Virus record (IMG/VR): IMGVR_UViG_3300031555_004710 | Location: 32,001-96,000 of that record | Reading direction: 5' to 3' (one strand) | DNA length: 64,000 bases | Source of the DNA: a virus | Lineage: Duplodnaviria > Caudoviricetes | Part shown: positions 40,683-51,900 of the stretch, in pieces | How positions within the stretch are numbered: the stretch's first letter is position 1 | How the letters are laid out: each line of letters opens with the position of its first letter | The notes under the pieces: model-generated | Told to the model about the DNA's origin: nothing | The model's input: only the letters and a program-made list of their open reading frames with translations | The model's database searches: none | Program-made: the position numbers and the translations under genes

Positions 40683-42875
40683 TTACATCGTGAAAAATGG
40701 ATTTAGTAAATTAAATAAGCTATCATTTATCTTATTCTCAATTCTTCCAGGAATATCTTTCCATAGGCCTTGAATAAAAGAAAAAGCTAATTCTGCTTTA
40801 GTATCTAAGTTAAATGCATATGCATCGAACCCGCAAAAGTTTGCAAGATATCCAAGTAATGCTTCATTTTTGCAAAATAATACTGGGTGAGTTGTATTAG
40901 TCATCATTAATTCATCTACTAATGGAGTAATTTCCATTTGAACTTCCCATTCTGTTGCAATCGAATCTATTGTATAACTAGTTTCATCATTTCCACCTTT
41001 AGTTATAGTTAAACTTGATATAATCCCTAGTTCAATATTAAACGATCCTGGTTGAATACATTTTACTAAAAATGGATATGTATACATATTATCAGATTGC
41101 TGTTTAGGCAATGCCATTGCTAATAAGTGACAAATTGGTACAATGCACTTTAAGAATACAGAATATTTATCACCATAAGGAGACATAAATTTCATGTTAC
41201 ACGAAATATTTTTTGCATATTCTGCCCTTTCCAGCATCTTAGGTAATACCATTTGACCACCATTCATAAAATTCTTTCCTAATGAGACAATCCCATCAAA
41301 TACATCGCCGCTACCATCTTTTAAAGCATTTAATGCACTATGAACATCTTCCATACCTACATCAAATCCACCACCAGAAAAGTAATTCAATGTTTTTGCA
41401 GCAGACGAGATTGTATCAACTACAGATGACAATGGACTATTAGTAACTCCATTCGTAATTGAATCTGTAACAGATGTTTCACTACCATTTAAAAAGAAAT
41501 TTATATATGCAGTATTATCGGTTGCAGCAGTAGCAATTGATTTTACATTACTTACTAAACCATCCCAAAATTTTCTAAATATAGACTTATCATTATCTGC
41601 GGCAATTGCTGGTTCTAATGTATATTTTTTTCTAATTGACCAATAAGAATAATCAAATTCTTTAAGTTTAGTTCTTGTATGAGGCATGAACTTATCACCA
41701 ATTCCAAGCATTATCGCACATGAACGACATAATGCATTTAAATATAATGCATATTCTTTAGTTGCTGCCTGAAATTCATAAAGTTTTCCAGAAAACATCG
41801 CAGGTTCATCTGCAACGATTTTATCATATAAAGATTGATTACCATATGCCATTTGTTTCAATCCATCAAAAATTGTATCTCTTTTACTACCAATAACATT
41901 TGGGAACATTTTTACGGTTCCTGGACAAATTGATAGTATTGCTGGATTTGAAAGTACTGTTTTATTCATAACCCTTCCGCCACCAGCAGTTAAATCATTA
42001 TTATATTGAACATCAATATCCATATTGAATTTAGGTGGAGCACCTAATGCATTCATATATTTATCTGCTAATCTTTTATAATATTCATCACCAGCAGTAT
42101 ATCTATTTTCATCACTTACACTCCAATAATCATATTGATAATTTGTAGCATCTGTCCACTCATTTGCGACTGGCACAGGAGTGGCATCGGTTTTAGATAC
42201 TGCAGCAGTTGGATTAGATCCTGTCACATTAACATATGAAGCACTAACCCAAACTTCTGTAAGGGTGCCCCATCCAGAAGTTCCAGATACTTTATGATAC
42301 CCATTTTTAGTTTCATGAATGGTTAATGAAGCATTATAATTAAAAGCTCCAACATATTTATTATTCACACCAGCACCATCTCTAGCTTTCAATCCACTTT
42401 TTGCAGTAACTACACCTGTACTAGTTGCTGGTGGAGTTGTATTTCGAGTCATCTTAAACATTTGTGGTGTTGGTTCATTATCTCTATAAATATATTTAGC
42501 ATCTACAAATCCTGTTAAAGTTCCTTCGGTAGTAACGGCTTCTATTGAGATTATATTTATATGTGTATCATCTACAATTTTACAAGTGGTACCATTATTA
42601 ACATTACCTATCCAATTAGATTTCTTCTCATCATCATACATTGCAACATATGGATGTGCTACTATAGTACCTGTCATACCTGTTCCACCATGAGTAACGT
42701 TTGGTTCCCCGTTATCATATTCTACCATATAATAATTACCACTAGTACCAACTACTTTTAACATAGTGCCTTTATCAACTGATGTTGCAACTTGAGAAGA
42801 ATCAGCATCTGTAAATAAAGATGTTTTAGTATCACCACTAGATGGTTTAATCATAATCATTTTAGCCATAATCAC
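40683..42875 (-). CDS. SH3b-domain-containing tail/baseplate structural protein
   Basis: N-terminal SH3b-like repeats (GLKARDGAG…WVSASYV; GFVDAKYI); late promoter 42914-42925. Confidence 0.65.
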   Translation of the reverse strand: MIMAKMIMIKPSSGDTKTSLFTDADSSQVATSVDKGTMLKVVGTSGNYYMVEYDNGEPNVTHGGTGMTGTIVAHPYVAMYDDEKKSNWIGNVNNGTTCKIVDDTHINIISIEAVTTEGTLTGFVDAKYIYRDNEPTPQMFKMTRNTTPPATSTGVVTAKSGLKARDGAGVNNKYVGAFNYNASLTIHETKNGYHKVSGTSGWGTLTEVWVSASYVNVTGSNPTAAVSKTDATPVPVANEWTDATNYQYDYWSVSDENRYTAGDEYYKRLADKYMNALGAPPKFNMDIDVQYNNDLTAGGGRVMNKTVLSNPAILSICPGTVKMFPNVIGSKRDTIFDGLKQMAYGNQSLYDKIVADEPAMFSGKLYEFQAATKEYALYLNALCRSCAIMLGIGDKFMPHTRTKLKEFDYSYWSIRKKYTLEPAIAADNDKSIFRKFWDGLVSNVKSIATAATDNTAYINFFLNGSETSVTDSITNGVTNSPLSSVVDTISSAAKTLNYFSGGGFDVGMEDVHSALNALKDGSGDVFDGIVSLGKNFMNGGQMVLPKMLERAEYAKNISCNMKFMSPYGDKYSVFLKCIVPICHLLAMALPKQQSDNMYTYPFLVKCIQPGSFNIELGIISSLTITKGGNDETSYTIDSIATEWEVQMEITPLVDELMMTNTTHPVLFCKNEALLGYLANFCGFDAYAFNLDTKAELAFSFIQGLWKDIPGRIENKINDSLFNLLNPFFTM

Positions 42876-42985
42876 AAAATCTCCTTTCTTTTTTGAAAGT
42901 TTGTAAGATTGATTAGATTTTTGTTAAAATTGATTATTAATGATACAAGAGAATGAATAATTCATTCTCTTGTATCATATTTTTA

Positions 42986-45900
42986 TCACATTATATTATG
43001 AGCATTAAGTTTAGAAGCAACTAACATATGATGATTTGCTAGTGTTTCTTTATATTTTGATGTATTTGCAACTCTTTTTGGTGTTGAACCTCCAGATTGC
43101 GAAATATTTGTAGTATTAGATACTATATTATTAGTAGTAGCTGAACTTTGAGCAGATCCAGTAGTTTTCTTAGATTCAGCAAACCATTCAGATATTATTC
43201 CTATTACCTTATCAAGTTTACCATCAGTATTTGTCATATCAAATCCAGCATCTACAGTCATACCAGGACCGAAACCAATAGCTTCAAAATCTCTAGGCGT
43301 TACTTTAAATTCTTCTTGAGTGTCAATAGATTTACGTAACTGCTCACGATAAGCAGGGCTATCAATCTTAGTAGTTTTCTTAGCATTACCATAGCCTAAG
43401 CTAAGTAATGGAATATTTCCAAATCCATCAGCTGGCAGTTTTGTAAAATCAAATGACTTATTATCGCCAAGACTAACGACACCACTACCATAATTATATG
43501 TATCAGGATTAATATTATTTGTCTTATATGTCCAAGGTTTATTTCTAATCTCATAATGTAGATGATTTCCAGTACTACTTCCAGTTGTTCCAACTACACC
43601 AACGCATGTTCCAGCTTGATAATACTGTCCAATAGTTAAAGGAGATTTATTCTTCATATGAGCAAAATAATGTTTAGTACCATCATCAGCTTCAATAACA
43701 CAAAGATTACCATATCCACTATGATAATAGTTTTCAACGCATTTTCCAGCTACTGGTGTATATATATTTGGGCTTTTACCAGAAGTACCATAATCAATAC
43801 CAGCATGGAATTTATATTCACCACTAATTGGGTGAGTTCTATTTCCATAGTCTGATGTTTTTCTAGCATTTAGAGTATTTGTAAAGAATGCAGTTGCATT
43901 CTGAGAAGAGGTAGGTTTTGGTCCAGATTTTACAGGAGTGCTACCTGTATCTTCCGAACTACCACCTTCTTTATCTTTAGAAGTAGATAATCCCATAGCA
44001 TCAGTATCAAGTCCCATCTTGCCACCCATATGTCCAACAAGTATTTTATTTATTTCATTCATACCAGTAGAAAAAGTTTTAACTTTTTCCATATTATCTG
44101 TAGCATTTATAACTACATCACCAATTTTATCAAGACCTTCAGTTGGTTTACCAAATCCCAATGGATTAGTTTCTTTTGCAAAATATTGACTAAGTCCTCC
44201 AGGATCAGGAACGAATGATTTGAATTCGTAACCAGCAAGGTTTTCATAAGTGTCTTTAATTCTTTTTGTATATGAACTAGCATACTTGGAATTTGCCCAA
44301 TAAAGCTTTCTACTAAGTAATAAATTATAAGCTGCTGCCAATTCCTCATCCTTAGTTGTTAAATTAGCTTCTTGTGGCCAATGATACATAAATGCATTAT
44401 CTTTAGTTTTGCTAGTGATTAAATTTGGACCTGTATTACCAATATCAGCAAGTAATGGAAGAGTACGCAAATCTTTAATAAGACCAGTATCATAATAACC
44501 GGCAAAATGTGGATTATAAAATGTATCATGATAAAATTTCATTGCAGTAGCATCAATAGATGATCTTATAGCATCTTTATTTTGCTCATCACCTAATGCG
44601 CTAGAAAGATCATTCATCTGATCTTTAGTGAGAGCTTTACCATTATTAATTAAATTAGCATACTCAGTAAATTTACTCTTAAGTTCAAATGGAATACCTG
44701 AAGCATTAGCTAAGTTCTTAAGAAGTTTTACAGCGTTACCTGCATTTGCCTGATAAGGACCTACTGATGCCTTATTGTTAGTATCATTTATAACGGTGGC
44801 ATAATTTCCACCACTTTCACCGCGATATATATTCTCAATAGTTTTACCAAGTAATTCTTCCTGAATATTATTTGGGCTATTGATAGCATTAGTTAATGTA
44901 GTTGATGATCCTTTTAATATAGCACCTGATGATGCAGATGGATTTGTCTCCTCACGAGTAAGCTCTTCAAACTCTGTCCAGAAATCAGTTCCATTAAGAG
45001 TTGCATTTATTTTTGCTTGAGCAATGAATCCCAGCAACTTCAATTTACCAAAGAATTTCTTCTTTTTAGCAAATTCTGCAAGTTGTTCAGCATTCATTAT
45101 ACCTGTTTGCTCTACAACTGGAGTTGTTATTTCTGCACTTAATCCAGAAGCTTCTCTAGCAAGCTTTCTATAATCATCATCGTTTATATCAGTTATATAT
45201 GAACTAAATTTACTAGAATCTCTTGTAAATTCTAAAGTATTACCAACACCATACATTACACGACATGCATTACATAATGCAAGGAATTTTTCAGCATCGC
45301 TAAGAGGTGCCGATACAAATGTATTACCTTTACGATTTTCCGATACAATCGCAGCAGCATATATTTTAGCTACTAAGTCTTGTGTAAGACTGTGATATGT
45401 ATCAGTATATTTATTACCTAATTTCTTTGGAATAATTTGGATTGTTCCATAACTTCCACCATTCATTCCAAAGTATTGAGTTGATAAAACGTATCCTAAT
45501 CTTACTCTACTAATCGTACCACCAGTTCTATCTGCATATTTTATAATATTATTACTAGTTTTACCATGAACATCATCAGGATATTTATCAGTAAACCAGG
45601 TATCATTATCTTTAAAGTATTTATAGTTACTATTTAATATATTATCATCAATACCACTTGAATTGGTTTTATACCCACTTATAGTTCCATAATCAATAAG
45701 ACCATTTGATGCATAATCATCTACATATCTTGTAGTACCAGTATTAGAATATTTGATAGTTGCACTACCATCAGAATGTATTGTAGTAGTCGTATAAATT
45801 GGGTTACCTTTACGATCAGTACCAGTACGAACTCTAATAACTTTATCATATATAGGTTTACCTGACTCATCAACATCTGATTGAACATATATCACATTTG

Positions 45901-48900
45901 ATTTCGCAGGTGTAGATGTGGAAGTAGTGGATGTATTTGTATTTTTTCCAGTTAAATTTGTACTTTTACCAGGAGTTAAACCAACAGCTTTTTTATCTGA
46001 AGGTCTAGGACCATACCCAGCACTGTATGCCCAAGCATGTTCAGTATTCTTTGATACATTATTAATATCGTATAGTTTATGCTTACCAGTAATAGGATCC
46101 ATTACACTCATATTATTTCCATATATTCCATCAGCCATTACAATATGACCAGCTTGAGTATATGGGTCAGCTGAGCTACTAGATCTACCCGTCAATATTG
46201 TAGGTTTACCAGCAAGTAAATTATCCTTTAATTCATAAGAATTGTTAATAGGATTGCTTACGAGTCCCATTCTAGCAGCACCTTCAGTAAATAATCCAGC
46301 ATTTGCACCACCTTGGCTAATATAACCATTAGATGCAGCATATGCTCCCATATCTGCAGGTGTTATTGGACCGTATCCTATATTTCTTTCAGCAACAGTA
46401 TTTGCTGCAGCAGCTAATGCGGTAGGACCACAACCAGCTTTATCCATAGTAGCAACAGATCCATCTGGTAAATAACCTATTGGCATTTTACCCCATCTAG
46501 GATCTCCTTGCGCATACACACCATTTATAATAGCAGGATGCTTAGGTCCATATCCAAGACCTTGACCTAGACCTTTTTCTTTTTTATATGCAGCAATTTC
46601 ATCAGCAGTAACATCTTGTTTAGAATTCCATTGTGTTTCAAATTTAGTTCCAAATATAGCATTAGATGTCGCTTTAAAACCATCCCAGATGGTTCCACCA
46701 ATTCCCTTATTAACTTTATTATTATACTCTGTAGAAGATATATTTGTACCATGTTCTTTATTATATTTAGCAGTAGCAATTTCTAATGCAAGTTGTGAAT
46801 CTTCGAGACCTTTATCTCCCAGTAATCCAAAACCCCCATCTTCTGGAGCCATTGCTTTATATAATGCAGAAGCCCATTGGCATTTAAAATCAGTATCCAT
46901 TATTGCTTGTACTACTTCTAATACAATATTCAAAAGATATATTGGAGATAGTCCTAATACAAATTCAAATAATGCAGATATCAAACACATTAACCAGTCA
47001 GTTTCAGTTGTTCTAAATAGATTCTTTGCAGAAAATGCACCGTTTATTAAATCATATGCACCAAAAAGAACTGCCAGAGGAGTTGTCCTTAACCCCAGTT
47101 CAGCTAATCCACCTGCTATTTTTGTAGATAATTTCATCCATATTTTTTCATTAGAAAATACTTTTGTTGCAAGTTTTTCTATAATCTCTTTAAATCCTTT
47201 AATAAATTTACCAATTATTGAACTATCCGCAGTAAATTTACCTATGATTTTCATAACCTTTTCATTTTTAGATAATTTATCAATTGCACCCTTAATCTTT
47301 GCAAATAAGGATTTGATAACACCTTTTTTACTCTCTTTAACAGTAGCTTCCACTGCTTCAGTACCAGCTTCTTTAATTGCAGTAGTACCAGTTTTCTTCG
47401 CAAGTTTTTCAGCAAGTTCAGTAGCTGTTTCACTCTTAGTTTCTTTCATCAATCTCTCAGTTGATTCTTTAATAGCTTTTTCCATAGTCTCTTTAGAAGC
47501 AACTTGACCATTTTCAGAAAGAGTTGCAGAAATTGAAGCACCTATTGATTCAGAAAGTACTTTAGATGAAGCTTCTTCAGTTGAGAGTTTTAGTGCTAAC
47601 GCTCCTCCACCACTAGAAGCTTTTGCTAATGCAGAATCAGTAGCCTCTTTTATAGATTTTTCAAGTGCACCAGCATCAACATTCACAGTGCTTGAAGTTA
47701 CAGTTTTGGATAACTGCCTATTCATTCTCCAGTTACCAAGTGCAGATTTATTGCTAACTATTTCACTAGTAGCATCTGGAAGATAAGTAGCACCGAAACG
47801 AGATACTCCGTTAGAAACCTTATCTCCTACTTTGCCACCAGCTTTCCATCCAGCCTTTGCGCCTTTAAATCCACCAGTAGCCATTCCAGAAACTGTTCCA
47901 ACAGGACCACCAAAAGTACCAGCAACAGCACCACCAGTTGCACCAAGACTAGTACCTCCCATTACACCAACAGCTCTAAATGGCATTTTTACAGCAGCTC
48001 TACCTGCTTTACCATGAATTCCAGCTCTACCGGAATTTAAACCACCACGAATTATAGCATTTGAACCAGCAGTAATTAATCCAGTATTAGCTGTTTTATC
48101 TTGATTATATTCGATAATTACATTTCCATTTTCATCAATGGTTGCAGATTTTGCACTAACTTCAACCACTTCTCCAGTTTCAGAATCAATATAAGAAGCT
48201 TTACCGGAATTATTTTTCATTTCATCAACAAATGCTTGCTTATCAGATGAAGTTGAAAAACTACTATTAGATATAGTTTCTTTATCTCCATTTGGACGTT
48301 TCTTAAGTCCAAGAGCATATAATAATTCATTTCCTAAAGATTTTACAATCTCCCAAGAACCTTTTAATACAGCTCCCAAAATTTCAGGAGTTGATTTAAG
48401 GATTGCAGTTGCAAGAGGAGGAGCAATCTCAGAAATAACTGTACAGAATGCACTAATAATTTTAGGTGCATGGGTAGCAATAAGTTCTCCAGCCTTAACA
48501 ATTGTACCTGGAAGGTATTCAAAAATTATTTCTGGTACTTTACTTACTGCATCTTTAAGCCATGGGAATGCCTTATTATCCCACCATGGGGAAATTTTCT
48601 CATTCCACCATTCACCAACTACAGTGTCGTCAAACCATGTACCAAATTTAACACTAAAATCATGCATCACTTTTTTCATACTAAAATCATCAGAATTTAC
48701 ATAGTCATTAAATTCATCAATTTTATCACCAACTTTTTTCGCGGTTCCAGGTCTTATTAATTCAGCTACGGTAAATCCTAATGCGCCTAATAATCCTATA
48801 GAACCAGCAAATTTCATTCCTTTAAGAATGAATTGTCCAGCACCAGAGCCGCCAATAAGTTTTCCAACAGATTTTATTTTGCCCCAGATTCCACCAGTTT

Positions 48901-51900
48901 TTTCTTCTTCTTCATCTTCGGTTTTAGCATTTGGATCTACATCACCAGTCAATAATAATTGACCAGTACCTTTTCTAGCATATTCATCTTCAGCTTCTTC
49001 AGCATCAGCTCTACTTTTCTTTTTATTAAAGCCGAGCCAGCTTGTAAAAGCATTGAATTTACCCATTATTCTAGAACCAAAACTTTTACCTTTTCTCTTT
49101 TTAACAGCAGTATCATCAATTTCACCACTAGTAGAAATCTCTAGTTGTGCACTGTCTATTTCTTTATGCTCTTTATTAACATCTAAAAGATCTTTAATAT
49201 TAGCATTCATTTCACTAAGTATTTTAGTAGCTTGGTCTTCAGTAATATCTTTTCCAGCACCTTTTAATTTACCTCTTAATAAAGTCCATTCATTCGTAGC
49301 ATTTTCAATTTGCTCAGTTGAGTATTTGGAAGTAGCCATTCGACCATCGGTCATTATTTCACGCAATTTAGCTTGTCTATCAAATAACTCTTCTTTAGCA
49401 GATCTTTGAGGAGCTGGAAGGGCTAACAACTGCGAAGTTGTATTATTCATATTATTAACAATATCATTCTTGGAAGTTTTAGAACCTATCCAAGATTTAA
49501 ATTTACCCCACTTATTACTAAATCCGTTTTTAATTTTTGATCCATTTGCTCTCAAATTAAAATGGTTTGTATCAGTATTTGAACTTTCTGGAGTTTCTTC
49601 CCCAGATTTATATTTCGATTTTTGAGTAATTTTAAATTCTTTCATGAAACCAATGAAATCACCAGTTTCAGCATATTTAGAATATTTATAATCAGTTAAT
49701 CGATCAGAATCTACTTCATTAATATCAAAATCACGCATTTCGGGATTATTTAAATCTACATTAAATATTCCTGCACCATGTAATTTTGTACGAAGTTTTT
49801 TCTTATCTTTTCTCCATTTCTTATCAAAACTATCAGTATTATCTTTATCAAGTTTCTCTCTTGCGAAACCTGCAAAATCTTGTCTGATACCATCTAATAC
49901 GTCGAGTACATCATCTTGGAAATCTTCTGTCTTTTCTCTAGATCTTTTCTGTTCATCAGTTTCCTCAATGATCATCCCTCCACTAACTTTACTCTTAGAT
50001 GGATCCATTTTCTTTTTAAATTCATTCTTACGATAAATAATATCCATGATATCATCAGATGATTGTATATACTTTTCATCAATACCAAGTCTCTTAAATT
50101 TATCTCGTATTGCTTCAAACTTATAGTCATTGAATGTTAATTCTCGACCACCTAATTCATCACGTAACGTAGAACTAAATTTATCTATTTTACGCCATTT
50201 CTTTTCGTCGGCTTGACGAGCTTTTCGGTTTGCTTTAAGTGCACGATGTTCTTGATGAACCCCTCTCCAATTTAAATGATTTTTACCATCGGCGGCATGT
50301 TCGTCATTCCATCCTTCTCTAGCAGCATCTGCAATTTCACCATGACCAATATAAGTTCCAATAGTATCAGATATTTTACCAAATATATTTCGTTTATTAC
50401 CTTCAGCTTCTTCAGCGTCCCACTTCTCACGAAGTTTTCCACTTAAGTTACCTTTAGCATAGTAATTTTTATAGAATTCGGCATATTCCTTACGACGTTT
50501 ACCAGCAGTTAACATTCGTATTCCTTGTAAGCCTATACTTGCTGGAGCCATTGCTAATTTAGTAGCACCACTAGCAATACCTATCATTGATTTACCAACC
50601 CAACCAATTGCTTTAGTTATAGGGCTAAATATTGCTTTCGTTGTCTTACGGAATACATCCATTATACCGTTACCAATTGCCTCGAATTTTTCTTTAGCAA
50701 AATCAACGACATTATCCTTGATCCCTGTCAGTGAATCTAAAATAGGACCAAATGCTAATCTAAAAGGATATGTAATTTTCTCTTTAGTCCAATCAACTAA
50801 GTCTAACATTTTAGACTTGAATGTATCACTTATTGGTTGAACTACATTTGTCATGAGAATATTCTTAACCCTAGTTAACATTCCATCTTTTCTTCTACCT
50901 ATTACATTACCATTTTCATCAAGTTCTTCGGTACCAAATAACCATGCATTAAACTTACTAGTACTAGCAGCAATACCTAATCCAAGTCCAGCAATACCCA
51001 TACCAACAGGACCACCCAATGATAACATTGCAGGAAGATAACCGGCACTACTTAATACAGCTCCAGATAATGCACCAATTCCTAAACCAGCTCCAGCTTT
51101 TTTAATACCTGGCATAAGTTTAGAAAATCCACTTTTAACTTTATTAAAGGAATTCGAAATAATAGTACCACTTCGTTTTCCATCTTCACCTTTTTTACCA
51201 AGTAGCATTGTCTTAAAGCTTTCCGAATTCTTAAGAATACTAACTCCAGCTCCAAGTAATGCTCCGCCTAAAATACCTCCAGGAAGTATTTGCGTTCCTA
51301 ATATACCTAATCCGCTATTAAATCCAAGTGCTCCTTTTAAAAGACCTTTAAGTCCTCCAAGTACTGCACCACCAATAGCAAATGGCATAACTTTCTTAAA
51401 ACTAGCACGCATCTTTTCACTGATTAACCCACCTTCACGAGCCGAATTGGGATCATTTGGGTCGGATAATTTACCAAACATAAATGTCTTGAAAGCTTCA
51501 GTTTGTGATAATATTGTTAATCCACCACCAACTATAGCGCCGGCTATAGGACCACCAGGAAGAAACATGCTTCCAAGTAAACTGAATTGATTATTAAGAA
51601 GCCCAATACCTGCTCCAGCAACAGCACCAGCTAATGCTTTAGGCATTGTAGCTTTCATTTTCTTTAAGAAACCATCTTTATATGCCTTTTTCTTAGTTTC
51701 TACAGGTTTATCTATATCACCAACAGTAGATTCTGCAGCAGCTCTAACATGCTTCTCGGTTTTCTCACCAATTACCATAAGATTATTCTCAATAGTCTCT
51801 ATTGGCTTTTTAAGTCTGTCTTCAATTTCCTCATACTCTCTGTCGAATGCCATTGATTCATCTGTAGAATATTTAGATGTACCAAGTCGAGCTTCGATTC

